From Thermoproteota archaeon (GTDB lineage: Archaea; Thermoproteota; Thermoprotei; Thermofilales; B9-G17), in the NCBI GenBank assembly GCA_029258885.1, contig JAPDJW010000009.1:32001-96000 (forward strand): a stretch of DNA of 64,000 nt, given 5' to 3'. Below the pieces are notes generated by a model. It was not told where the DNA came from and did no database searches. It saw only the letters and a program-made list of their open reading frames with translations. Each line of letters starts with the position of its first letter. The stretch's first letter is position 1. Below are positions 31,600 through 41,581 of the stretch, piece after piece. The position numbers were made by a program, and so were the translations under genes.

Positions 31600-33096
31600 A
31601 TGAAACTATCGGTCTGGTGTCGTATGCATGGGAATAACTTAGAGTTGAGGAGGTTTATCAACTTAATACTGCCTGTAGCGCTATTCCTTACAATAGTTAT
31701 AACTCCTAGAGATTTCGCTATCAGCCATAGTTCAAACGGAAATTTTCAGGTAGTTGTCAAGTCGATTACGTGGGAGCCCGAAGACATTACGGTAGGTACC
31801 AGCTTTATAATCAGGATAACTCTGAAGTGTAGCGGCGAAGCCAGATACGTAGAGACACGCTTCTATGTAGTCAAATACTCCCTCGATGGATTAAGCAAGC
31901 CCACCAGGATTTCAACCTTAGTTACGCCGATAATAAATGGGATAGCCAGAATAAACGTTAGCTGGAAGCCCATGTTTCCGGGATTCTATAGGCTGATATT
32001 CTCAACGAACCTCAGCGTATCGATTAGGCAGACGATATTCGTGAACAATGGATACAAGACATTTAGGTTTATTGTATGTGGGGACTGTAGGCCAGCCCGC
32101 CCGAACGACCCGATACCGGAGACGTTTAAGAGGCTGATAAGCGTAGTCAATTTAATTCACCCTGATTTCCTCATTATTGCAGGCGACCTAATATACGGCT
32201 ATCATGCAACGGGGAGAAACTTAGAGAGGCAATACTTAGAGTTCGATAAGTGCATTAACGCATGCATAGTTCCAGTCATTACTGCTGTTGGAAACCACGA
32301 CACCAAGACTGGCCGTAGACACGGGAGCGGCGACCCCTACGCCGAGCAACTATACATCCGCCTATACGGTAGGCTCTACTACTCCTTCAACGTAGGAAAT
32401 ACCCACATTATAATACTCGATACCGATGTCGTTGGAAGCGCCGTGGAAATTAAGGGTACTGAGCAGGGATTATGGCTTGAAAACGACCTAAAACAGCATG
32501 GCTCATGTAACCCAATATTCGTTATTATGCATAGACCCGTAGTCGGGGGTTCATCTGGGTGGAGCAGGGAGGATATAGAGTACCTGACTAACTTATTCAC
32601 TAAACATCGCGTCAACGCGGTCTTTCAGGGCCATATACACCTATACCGTAACATATCGTATAGAGGCGTAACATACTATATAACGGGCGGAGCGGGAGCA
32701 CCGTTGGGAGGAAAACCGATAAATGGAGGGATACACCACTTCCTACTAGTAGAGGTAAATGGAAGTAGCTTTAAAGTAAAGTTTTATCCAATTGACGTGA
32801 TAAGGGTGCACTACTATCCAGCCAACAATGGAAGACACTATGTAGTGAACGCATCGGTATCCCTATTGTTTGCTACTCCCATCAAGGTATCAGGTAAATA
32901 CATTAGACCTGAACCATTAAGACTTGATGGAGTAAGGTTCATAATGCCTATAGCTATAGGCTACGTAGTTGAGGGTGGAAGAATAGTTAAGGTTATCCGG
33001 AGACAGATGTACTGCATAGTTTACGTATCAGCTCTAGTGAATCCCGGTAGTACTAGGAATATCCGGATAACTGCAGTACGCGAGCCTGAGATATAG
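31600..33096 (+). CDS. Secreted calcineurin-like metallophosphoesterase with N-terminal Ig-like domain
   Basis: GDCR, AGDL, VGNHD, MHRP, FQGHIH, ITGGAGAP. Confidence 0.87.
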   Translation: MKLSVWCRMHGNNLELRRFINLILPVALFLTIVITPRDFAISHSSNGNFQVVVKSITWEPEDITVGTSFIIRITLKCSGEARYVETRFYVVKYSLDGLSKPTRISTLVTPIINGIARINVSWKPMFPGFYRLIFSTNLSVSIRQTIFVNNGYKTFRFIVCGDCRPARPNDPIPETFKRLISVVNLIHPDFLIIAGDLIYGYHATGRNLERQYLEFDKCINACIVPVITAVGNHDTKTGRRHGSGDPYAEQLYIRLYGRLYYSFNVGNTHIIILDTDVVGSAVEIKGTEQGLWLENDLKQHGSCNPIFVIMHRPVVGGSSGWSREDIEYLTNLFTKHRVNAVFQGHIHLYRNISYRGVTYYITGGAGAPLGGKPINGGIHHFLLVEVNGSSFKVKFYPIDVIRVHYYPANNGRHYVVNASVSLLFATPIKVSGKYIRPEPLRLDGVRFIMPIAIGYVVEGGRIVKVIRRQMYCIVYVSALVNPGSTRNIRITAVREPEI

Positions 33097-33121
33097 CCTA
33101 ATAAGTTATGGTTTATAAAAA

Positions 33122-34552
33122 TTACTTTTTCCTAATTAATATTGCAGCCAATATAACAGCCACGGATACTATTATAACGGCAGCGTTTTCCATTATTAAA
33201 GTCTTCAGAAGCTCTATCTTATTAACGAGGTAAGCCTCGCCGCCTATTACTGGGGGTAGCGGGAACACTATCTTTATGTCCTTAATAGAGCTATGGAATA
33301 CCTTAATATAGAGTATTTTCTCGTATTTATCGTAGTACCATACGTTGCTCGTAGCTGTTAGGTATTTATCCTTCGATAAGGTATACGGTATTAATACGCC
33401 GTCTACTTCAACCGTGTAGGGCCGGTCGTTTGACGTGATTTTGGTTTCGGATGCTGTGCCAGCTGGTGCATCAATTGATATTATGAAAACTCCCTTATCT
33501 GCATCGTAGGATGCCTGAACTATCGTGCCATTAGTTATTGTCGTATATGGGGAGTCAAACGGCCTAAATGCATAGTTTGCTATAGTTATCTCATCCTCCA
33601 CATCATCCGCTGAGGAGATGGAGGTCTCATACACCTTGCCGATGTCCGGACTAACTACCTCGATAACATACGATTCTCCAGGCACTAGTGGAAGGATTCC
33701 TACCCCCTTCATGTCGGTTGTCGCCGAGAACCCGTTAGCTAGTAGCTGATGCCCATATAATCTCTTCCCCAGCGCATCCTTAAGGGTTACATTATACTTC
33801 GCTATATCAATTCTAAGGTAGGTTGTTATATTATCGTGATCGCTCCATTCATTGGCTTGATCGTGTACATTATCGTTATAGGGTATGCTTGAGACAGCGC
33901 TACCATCCCCGCCAGTAATATATACTACCAAGTTGATTTCACTGGGTACACCCCCTAGAGCAGACCACGGCACCTTAACTTTAAATAGGGTTGAGCCACT
34001 GTGATCAGAGGCAACAGGGGTATAGCCTCCACCCACGCTTACAAGATCATTGTAGTACCATACGTACCAGTGGTGTACGTCGGGGTCTCTAACAATGGGC
34101 GGATAGCTCTCCCACATATACCTATTAAACTGGGCGGTTGTTATTGTAGAGCCGTCGTACCAGAAGTATGATATATAGTCTGGATAGTAGGGCGACGTAT
34201 GGTTGAAGAATCTGCCCCAGCAATCCCTCCACGTGGAGTCGTCGGGCTCATATACTGCTCCAAACCCTATATTTGGATCCTTATTAATGTCAAAGGCTAT
34301 TCCTAAAGCTAATCCCCAGCCGTCCGGGGCAAAGTCGACACCTATATATAGGAAGCTTGAATCCCAAGTCACATATAGGAGCGATAGATTAGCTGGCTTA
34401 CCTGGAGCATCTTGATCAACTTGAGCCACTTTCTCATCCGACGAGAAATCGTTTGAATTAGTACTCATATCTATCGTATGCGGCGGCTTCGCAAGAACCG
34501 AACCGAAAGCTACGATAGTTAATAGTAAAAATACTAGCAGTATTCTTTCCAT
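33122..34552 (-). CDS. Secreted, C-terminally anchored protein with DOMON/glucodextranase-like N-terminal domain
   Basis: Signal peptide; LYVTWD..FLYIGV, GI..D, KVPWSALG pattern; C-terminal PPVIGG...TM-RKK. Confidence 0.6.
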   Translation of the reverse strand: MERILLVFLLLTIVAFGSVLAKPPHTIDMSTNSNDFSSDEKVAQVDQDAPGKPANLSLLYVTWDSSFLYIGVDFAPDGWGLALGIAFDINKDPNIGFGAVYEPDDSTWRDCWGRFFNHTSPYYPDYISYFWYDGSTITTAQFNRYMWESYPPIVRDPDVHHWYVWYYNDLVSVGGGYTPVASDHSGSTLFKVKVPWSALGGVPSEINLVVYITGGDGSAVSSIPYNDNVHDQANEWSDHDNITTYLRIDIAKYNVTLKDALGKRLYGHQLLANGFSATTDMKGVGILPLVPGESYVIEVVSPDIGKVYETSISSADDVEDEITIANYAFRPFDSPYTTITNGTIVQASYDADKGVFIISIDAPAGTASETKITSNDRPYTVEVDGVLIPYTLSKDKYLTATSNVWYYDKYEKILYIKVFHSSIKDIKIVFPLPPVIGGEAYLVNKIELLKTLIMENAAVIIVSVAVILAAILIRKK

Positions 34553-34662
34553 AAAATCACCTTTGCTATGATATACTTTCTAAAGACTTATAAATTTTAA
34601 TACTGTAGCGTAATTAAGTACTTCATAGCGCTCTCAAAGCTTAACAAGCTAGGTATCTATTT

Positions 34663-35637
34663 TCATCTATTCAGCATACCCGTTATTAGATATGCAAAAA
34701 TAAACACTGCTAAGAACAGTAGGAATGTTAGAACTAGAGTACTAGAACTTGCAGCCCCCGACTCCACGGGCAGGGCAATACATACCTCCGCATCAGATAC
34801 AACATACATTCTTCTCTCGTCGTATTTTACGCCGTCTTTCTCTATCCTAACTCTATATTCACCGGGATTAAGTTTAAGATTTACCCTACCCTCGGAATCC
34901 GTATGTAGGAGGTAGCTCTCCCCCTCCCCCTCAATCCTCACGGTTATGCCGCTAATAGGACTGCCCGATAGGCTTACGATCTTAATAGTAACGTTTAACC
35001 TCTTTAGGCCGTGGAGTGAGGTATATAGCTCCCTCACATAGTTCATAAACTTTATCCAGTTGAATGTTGATCCCGGATCTGTATGATGGCTTCTACCTCC
35101 CCCTACCCTGGGGTTGCTTGGATCGGGCACTTGAATATGCCCTATAATGCCGGAGGATTGGAGAGGACTTGGGGGAGCAACGCCCTCAACCCATACTAAT
35201 GCAACATTATAGTTTTCGTGAAGCCATACGGCAAGCTTAGCAAGGTTTTTATAGAGTGTGTCAGGCCAAATAGTGCTCCCAACATAGCCGGCAATCTCTA
35301 TGCCTACCGAATACCTATTATAGAGGGAGTTTCCAGCATGCCATGCAATATCCTTAATTCTAACCATCTGTGTGAGATGTGTACCAGCTTCATTTATAAC
35401 AAAGTGTGCACTAACTCTAGCTTTAGGATTCTTAAACCAATTAATAGTACCCCCGTAGCTTCCCTCAGCAACATGTATTATAAACCATCTAACATCTTCT
35501 CTGCCTCTATTACTGCTTAAATAGTTGCCTGGATCTGCTGGATTCCATATAGCTCCGGGGTAGTCCGGCTGAGAATATACTTTCACTGCCACAATCACCA
35601 TTAATAATATAATTAATAATGATAGTATTCCACGCAT
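34663..35637 (-). CDS. Membrane-anchored N-acetylmuramoyl-L-alanine amidase (Amidase_2/AmpD family)
   Basis: IIHVAEG, VSAHF, AWHAG, N..SVGIE, IIGH.QV, HTDPG (Zn ligands H/H/D and catalytic E); then a beta-sandwich and a C-terminal TM; N-terminal signal peptide. Confidence 0.9.
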   Translation of the reverse strand: MRGILSLLIILLMVIVAVKVYSQPDYPGAIWNPADPGNYLSSNRGREDVRWFIIHVAEGSYGGTINWFKNPKARVSAHFVINEAGTHLTQMVRIKDIAWHAGNSLYNRYSVGIEIAGYVGSTIWPDTLYKNLAKLAVWLHENYNVALVWVEGVAPPSPLQSSGIIGHIQVPDPSNPRVGGGRSHHTDPGSTFNWIKFMNYVRELYTSLHGLKRLNVTIKIVSLSGSPISGITVRIEGEGESYLLHTDSEGRVNLKLNPGEYRVRIEKDGVKYDERRMYVVSDAEVCIALPVESGAASSSTLVLTFLLFLAVFIFAYLITGMLNR

Positions 35638-35688
35638 AGAGGCCCGAGGAAAAATAGGTATTAACAGTTATTTAAATATGCTTCCGAG

Positions 35689-35737
35689 TCAGTGTTCGGA
35701 ACTTCGTTCATCGATCCCTCGAAACCTCCCTCATCAT
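35689..35737 (-). ncRNA. Candidate C/D box guide sRNA
   Basis: Minus strand reads ATGATGA (C) GGGAGGTTTCGA GGGA (D') TC GATGA (C') ACGAAGTTCCGAACA CTGA (D): 49 nt, intergenic, typical archaeal size and spacing. Confidence 0.65.
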
Positions 35738-35770
35738 CCAAGTATTTACTCCATAAACGGAGATATATTG

Positions 35771-37096
35771 TTACCTTCTAGTTTTTATCGCAAGCCCCAA
35801 TCCTAGAATAGCTAGTGTAATTGCCCAGACTAATGTTTCGTGGAATACTAACACTATAGTTAGGGCGCATAGAAGTACTCCTATGAGCGACGTTACGGGA
35901 ATATTTAGGGGGGCTAGCGGTATCTTAAATGGTCTCTCAGCATCCGGATATCTTCGCCTCAGAATAAGCACCGAGAAGTTCACAAAAATAAATGCTATTA
36001 GACAGCCCAAATTGGAGGACTTAGCGACAACATCTATAACCTTTATGGGATCCTCATAAAACCCTGATACTACCACCTCAAAGAGAGCCACGAACCCTGC
36101 CAATATAACTGAATAGTGCGGAGTTTTTCTTCGAGGATGCACTAAGGAGAGCTTGGGGTTTAGCATGCCATCGTACGACATTCCATACGCTATCCTAGAG
36201 GATGATACAAGGAAGCCCAGGATGGTGTTTGAGGTCGAAAATAGGGCAATAGACGCTAAAAGGTACCAGCCCATAGAGCCTAAAACCGATTTAACAGCTG
36301 AAGCAAGTGGTGCGCCAGCAATAGCTAGTTCCTTCCAATCCATCAGCTTAACTACAGATAAGGCAACCAATAGGTATAGTAGTCCGCATACAGTTAATGC
36401 AAGAATAATTGCCTTAGGCATTGTTCTTCTGGCATCAATTGTTTCTTCACTAGTCGTAGCCATAAGCTCAAAGCCGACATACGCAAAGAATATTAAGGCA
36501 GCTCCTTGAAGTATTCCAATCCAGCCTTTAGGAGGCATTGATACGTAGTCAGGGTTAACCCTGCCAAAAAGCGCTCCAAGAATTATTACAATTATTAGTC
36601 CGCTTACTTCCACTAGCGTGAATGCTATATTTAATTTACTGCTCTCCTCTATCCCAAGATAGTTTACATAGGTAAATATTAGTATGGCTACCGCCGATGC
36701 AAGTATTAACGTAATGTTTCTATTAAATATATTCAGCTGAAATATCTCTATAAAATACCTGGAGAATCCAACAGCTGCTGTCGCAGCACCACTAGCTGCC
36801 TCGAAAAATATCATCCATCCTACAAGAAAGGCCAGCATTTCCTGCTTATCAAATGCTCTTTTAACGTAAAAATAGCTACTTGAAGCCTTGGGATATAGAC
36901 CTGAAAGCTCTGCGTAGCTTAATCCAGTAAATAAAGCTATTAAACCAGCTACAACAACTGAGAGCCAAATTAATGGCCCGGCGTATGCTGCGGTTCGACC
37001 TATAACGACATATATCCCAGCTCCCAGTATTAATCCAATTCCAAACATTGTTGCCTGCCATAATCCTAGAGCACGCTTTAGCTCACTCATAGTCAC
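35771..37096 (-). CDS. APC family amino-acid permease
   Basis: G.GLILGAGIY, SYAELS..YP, FFAYVGFE, SRIAYGMS.DG.L, RRRYPD.ERPFK; about 12 TM. Confidence 0.93.
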   Translation of the reverse strand: MTMSELKRALGLWQATMFGIGLILGAGIYVVIGRTAAYAGPLIWLSVVVAGLIALFTGLSYAELSGLYPKASSSYFYVKRAFDKQEMLAFLVGWMIFFEAASGAATAAVGFSRYFIEIFQLNIFNRNITLILASAVAILIFTYVNYLGIEESSKLNIAFTLVEVSGLIIVIILGALFGRVNPDYVSMPPKGWIGILQGAALIFFAYVGFELMATTSEETIDARRTMPKAIILALTVCGLLYLLVALSVVKLMDWKELAIAGAPLASAVKSVLGSMGWYLLASIALFSTSNTILGFLVSSSRIAYGMSYDGMLNPKLSLVHPRRKTPHYSVILAGFVALFEVVVSGFYEDPIKVIDVVAKSSNLGCLIAFIFVNFSVLILRRRYPDAERPFKIPLAPLNIPVTSLIGVLLCALTIVLVFHETLVWAITLAILGLGLAIKTRR

Positions 37097-37117
37097 ACCA
37101 GCATCTGCTATTAAGCC

Positions 37118-39127
37118 TTACCTTATTAATAACTTTTTAACAACTATTAACGCTGCAGCCACAGCTACAATGATAAGCACTAGTATGAGCTCGATCGGCA
37201 TCTCTTCCCTCTTTTCTTCCACGTGTACTACTAATATAGCGTATGTAGGCTTCCAGTACGGATTTCCCTCAAAGGCTACTTTAACGTAATAGTTTCCCGT
37301 TTCATAGGGCTTCCATAGATGTGTGAATTCGCCGCTACTATTTGTCGATATTTCACACATAAAGCTCCACTCTGAGGTATATTCGGGTCTAAAGTATATC
37401 TTCAAGTTTACGCTTATTCTCGGCTCCACGTAGCCCGATATTTTTACCCACTCTCCAAACACCGCTGAAATATTATATGAAGCAAGGTTTATCTTGAGGC
37501 TTGATTTAGGCTGAACCTCTATAGTTAAAGTATGCTCTGATGGAGCGTAGCTCTTCGATCCGTTGTAGCGAGCTTTAATGCAGTATTTTCCCTCGGTTTG
37601 AGGCCTCCATACGTATTTAAATTCCCCCTTATCATCCGCTAATACGCTGCTTATCTTAATCCAGCTTCCATCGGTCGAGTAGTAGAGGTCTATTTGAGCG
37701 CCAGCTATCGGTGGATTTATTTTACCGCTTATTTCAACGTAGCTACCTACTACGGGTGATGTATTATTTACCTTTAGCGTAAGGTAGGTTTTAGTCTGTA
37801 TTAAGGTTACTCTTATCGTTACTAGCTCATAATCTCCAAGGTAGGCTTCGCTCCCGTTCCACTGGAATAACACTAGATAAACCCCACCCTTAGTTGGGAG
37901 GAACTCGTAAATGAAACCTCCCGTATTATCAGTAGTAACCGTTTTATCCAGTATCCACGTTGCTCCGTTATCGAGGCTATACATGACGTATATTTTAGCT
38001 TTAGGTATCCCCGGCTCAAGCCTACCTTTAATTTCATACCTCTCATATCCCTTACAGGACTTAGGGTACGTTTCGATAACTATATCCGATAGATTTTTCC
38101 TATTTACCTCGTCGAGCGCGTTCCAGAAGCTAGAGTCCTCTATGCCAACATACCATACGGCGACGTATTTAAGCCCGAATTTTTTAATTAGTTTAAGCCT
38201 ATCAAGGTGGCTTGCAGGTCCCGAAAACCATACCTCATGGCGTTTTCTGCCTGCTGTATAGGAGTAGTGGTATTCCCCCTCCTTGTAATCGTATAGGACT
38301 TTAACTCTTAAAGCCTTAGCTCTAGATATTGCGGAGCCATACGTGACTGCCTTCCCTGTTCCGCCGACTGGCCAGTCTATACCGTAGGCGGGAATCCCTA
38401 TAATAAGCTTGTTGCTGGGCACCTTGGTTAATGCATACTCTATTATGTCCTGAATCCACCATATTGGAGCTACAGGACCTGGGGAACCCCCCGGATAGTG
38501 GTAATCGTACGCCATTATCACTACATAATCCACGACTTCAGCTATTTTTTCATAGTCGTATCCAGTAACCACGTCTCTGGTTTTAGGGAATACATCCACG
38601 CTAACTTCCTTATCTCCAATCTGCTTTAGCCTAAGCTTAAGCCTCTTTAGAAAGCTTACAAAGGCCTGTCTATCGCTACTATATACTCTTTCAAAGTCTA
38701 TATTTACCCCGTCGAAGCCGTAGTCTTCCACTACTTTAGCTATTTCCTCAACCACGTCCCTACTAGTCTGATTATTAAGTATAAGCTTAATCAGGGATGA
38801 GCTATGGCATATAACTGTGGGAACAACCTTAATTCCCTTATCCTGAGCGAAGGAGACGAAGTTCTTAAATGTGTCTCCAATAGACTTTATCGGGACAACG
38901 CTTCCATCGTCATCCACCTTAAACCAGAACGGTGATACGTGCGAGAAATACTTATACTTAGAATACAGCTTACTTGTATCAAAGTTCCACCAGGCAAACC
39001 ATCCAAATAGCTTTATCTCATCTGAAGCATTTCCCTGAGCATCTACGGGTAAAGTAGGCGTTAAGGCTACCGATATCATTAAGAGCCCTATACATAACAC
39101 GTTAATTCTAGCATTCAAAGCCATCAC
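37118..39127 (-). CDS. Membrane-anchored GH18 hydrolase (YaaH/SleL/YdhD-like) with Ig-like repeats
   Basis: FDGVNIDFE, IMAYDYH, GPVAPIWW, GIPAYG, HEVWF, AVWYVGIED; three Ig-like repeats; signal peptide and C-terminal TM. Confidence 0.9.
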   Translation of the reverse strand: MMALNARINVLCIGLLMISVALTPTLPVDAQGNASDEIKLFGWFAWWNFDTSKLYSKYKYFSHVSPFWFKVDDDGSVVPIKSIGDTFKNFVSFAQDKGIKVVPTVICHSSSLIKLILNNQTSRDVVEEIAKVVEDYGFDGVNIDFERVYSSDRQAFVSFLKRLKLRLKQIGDKEVSVDVFPKTRDVVTGYDYEKIAEVVDYVVIMAYDYHYPGGSPGPVAPIWWIQDIIEYALTKVPSNKLIIGIPAYGIDWPVGGTGKAVTYGSAISRAKALRVKVLYDYKEGEYHYSYTAGRKRHEVWFSGPASHLDRLKLIKKFGLKYVAVWYVGIEDSSFWNALDEVNRKNLSDIVIETYPKSCKGYERYEIKGRLEPGIPKAKIYVMYSLDNGATWILDKTVTTDNTGGFIYEFLPTKGGVYLVLFQWNGSEAYLGDYELVTIRVTLIQTKTYLTLKVNNTSPVVGSYVEISGKINPPIAGAQIDLYYSTDGSWIKISSVLADDKGEFKYVWRPQTEGKYCIKARYNGSKSYAPSEHTLTIEVQPKSSLKINLASYNISAVFGEWVKISGYVEPRISVNLKIYFRPEYTSEWSFMCEISTNSSGEFTHLWKPYETGNYYVKVAFEGNPYWKPTYAILVVHVEEKREEMPIELILVLIIVAVAAALIVVKKLLIR

Positions 39128-39307
39128 CTATACAATTTGCTAATACATGATTACCCTTAGGGGATTAAAATAGATCTACTATTAAAGATCAATTCAGTAT
39201 ACACCTATATTCATATGACGAAGATATTTACGGATCTTGCCAGGGCAGGTGCCGACTATAACTCTATGTTGGAGATCTTAGGCTAAGGCAACAACTTATA
39301 TTTTTAA

Positions 39308-40192
39308 TTGCGAACTAAGTCTATGGGATTTAAAGTGAGCCTTGATAATTTAGAGCAAGCTATTGAGAACTTTAAAGTAGATATAGTTAATAGGGATTTT
39401 CTAAGCGATATTATCGATGCTATAGGCAGGGACGGCAAACTAGTTAGGGTAAATACAACAGAAGACGTGTATTTTATCGGAGACCTGCACGGGGATTACG
39501 AGTCGCTTAAAAGAATTATCAGCTTATCGTACGAGAGGAGTGGAATATACGTCTTCCTTGGGGACTACGTGGATAGAGGGCCTTCTCAGCTTGAAACGTT
39601 CCTAGGAGTACTTATATTTAAGCTGTTCAATAAGGATAGAACTATAGTTTTAAGAGGAAACCATGAAGACCCATTCATGAACGAGTACTACGGTTTCATA
39701 TACCATTTAATGTCGAGGCTTAAGGGGGAATGGAGAATCTTCTACCAGAACTTCATAATACCCCTATATGTCAGCCTCCCCGTTTCAGCAGTTATAAAAC
39801 TCGGCGAAGGTCTGAGAATTTTTGCAGTACATGGAGGCATACCTATAGAAGCCCCGAGCCTAGATGAATTAGAGAAAATTCCAGAACAGGAAACGATAAC
39901 TGATTCAATTCTGCTCCAACTGTTATGGAATGATCCACGTGAAGGGCTTGAGGAATATGAGCCTAGCTTTAGGGGTCCAGGAATATACTACTTTGGCAGG
40001 AGGATTTTAGAGGATTTCTTATCTAAAAACGATCTAAGTCTAGTTATTAGAGCGCATGAGCCCGTTGAAGACGGTTACGAAGCTTTATTTAACGGAAAAC
40101 TATACACGGTATTTACTTGTAGATTCTATGGAATAAAGCCAGCAATACTCAGAATAACAAAAGAAGGCATCATCGAGCCTATCTTTATCTAA
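39308..40192 (+). CDS. PPP family Ser/Thr protein phosphatase
   Basis: GDLHG, GDYVDRG, LRGNHE, VHGG, LLWNDP, IRAHE. Confidence 0.92.
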   Translation: MRTKSMGFKVSLDNLEQAIENFKVDIVNRDFLSDIIDAIGRDGKLVRVNTTEDVYFIGDLHGDYESLKRIISLSYERSGIYVFLGDYVDRGPSQLETFLGVLIFKLFNKDRTIVLRGNHEDPFMNEYYGFIYHLMSRLKGEWRIFYQNFIIPLYVSLPVSAVIKLGEGLRIFAVHGGIPIEAPSLDELEKIPEQETITDSILLQLLWNDPREGLEEYEPSFRGPGIYYFGRRILEDFLSKNDLSLVIRAHEPVEDGYEALFNGKLYTVFTCRFYGIKPAILRITKEGIIEPIFI

Positions 40193-40253
40193 ATGATAAG
40201 ATTTATTGATTCCTAGCAAGAATAATTTTATATATAGATTAGTTGTGGTGTTT

Positions 40254-40499
40254 ATGGGCAGGGTTATAAAAGTTTCAGATGAGGTATATGAACGTCTAAA
40301 GGTGTTGAAAAAGCCAGGAGAATCGTTTTCAGATGTTATTCTACGTTTGTTAAATTATAATAAACCTAGACTTATTGGCTTAATTGGGAGGAGAACTATA
40401 ACAAGTAAAGAATGGGATAGGATTAGGATGGAACTTAAAATTCGGGAGGAGCTGGATGAGATAAGGAAAAGCTATTTGCTTAGGTTGATGGAGAGATGA
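40254..40499 (+). CDS. VapB-type antitoxin (DUF217-like); no adjacent toxin
   Basis: IKVSDEVYERL..LKKPGESFSDVI.RLL; ATG 40254 after an SD-like GTGGTG. Confidence 0.8.
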   Translation: MGRVIKVSDEVYERLKVLKKPGESFSDVILRLLNYNKPRLIGLIGRRTITSKEWDRIRMELKIREELDEIRKSYLLRLMER

Positions 40500-40567
40500 A
40501 TTATCTGGTTATCTGCAGATATCTTCAGTAGGGGAGGTTCCATTTCCTCTATCTATACAGCTGGACG

Positions 40568-41581
40568 GTGAATCTATTGATCAGCGATATTATATGGATT
40601 TTCACTGCGAAATGTGGATTGAACTGTCCCCACTGCTATGTTAAGCCTAGGTTTTCGAAGCTGAGGGAGCTTTCGAGTAGTGAGAAGATAAGGCTTGTCA
40701 GGGAGGCGGCCGAAATGAACGTAGAGTGGATAGGCTTAAGTGGTGGTGAACCATTAATCCACCCCGACTTTAAAGCTATAGTTAGGGAGGCATCGGAGCA
40801 CAATATGGAAGTCAGCGTAGTAACCAGCGGTATAATGTATATGAAGGAGTCGCTAGACGTCATAAGAAGGCATAATGTATATGTAACTGTAAGCCTTGAT
40901 GGAGCTACTATTAAGAGCCATGAACTAGTAAGAGGAAAGGATGCCTGGAAAAAGACGGTAGGCTTTATTGAGAAGCTTAGATTGATGTCTATAGAATTTT
41001 CAACGGTAATAGCCGTAAACCGCTTCAATTACCTTGAGGCCGGGGAATACGTTGAGTTATCAATGGAGCTAGGCTCGAGATGTGCATGCCTTATACCGAC
41101 TATGAAGACTGGCTCAGCTGTTTCAACTGGAATGTACGTTACGGCACCTAAGTATCTGGAGGCGATAAAGAAGGCTGAGGAAAAAGCTGATGAATTAGGT
41201 TTTCCAGTATCCCTATGGTGTTCGCCCTTTGCCGGACTATATGTTCGCTCGCCATACGTGAAATACGGCAACTGTAGATTCTGGGATAACGTTGACATAG
41301 ATCCTGCAGGGAGAATACTGCTATGTGACACTATAGACATAGTCCTGGCGGAATACAGGGGCAACCTAGCTGAAGCCGTTGAGGAAAGTCTAAGAAATCC
41401 GATAAATAAGCTGGTGGAGGAGGTAGAGGACGACATATGCCTAAAATGTAGAAACTACAGGTTCTGTAGAGGCGGCTGCTTCGCTAGAGCATACATGGAA
41501 TATGGCGACCTAAGGAGACCTGACCCACTATGTCCAGTAGTATTTTATTCTAAAAGAAATTACTATATTAATAAGAAATAG
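40568..41581 (+). CDS. Radical SAM protein with SPASM domain
   Basis: CGLNCPHC, SGGEPL.HPD, VSLDGA, C...IDPAG....C, CLKC....CRGGC.ARA...DPLC. Confidence 0.92.
   Translation: MNLLISDIIWIFTAKCGLNCPHCYVKPRFSKLRELSSSEKIRLVREAAEMNVEWIGLSGGEPLIHPDFKAIVREASEHNMEVSVVTSGIMYMKESLDVIRRHNVYVTVSLDGATIKSHELVRGKDAWKKTVGFIEKLRLMSIEFSTVIAVNRFNYLEAGEYVELSMELGSRCACLIPTMKTGSAVSTGMYVTAPKYLEAIKKAEEKADELGFPVSLWCSPFAGLYVRSPYVKYGNCRFWDNVDIDPAGRILLCDTIDIVLAEYRGNLAEAVEESLRNPINKLVEEVEDDICLKCRNYRFCRGGCFARAYMEYGDLRRPDPLCPVVFYSKRNYYINKK

Noticed and set aside
39210-39260. Second possible C/D sRNA (ATGACGA...CCGA)
   Set aside because: Both terminal boxes are non-consensus and there is no convincing C'/D' pair.
40500-41581. 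Radical SAM/SPASM gene as a RiPP maturase
   Set aside because: No precursor peptide, PqqD domain or exporter is adjacent.
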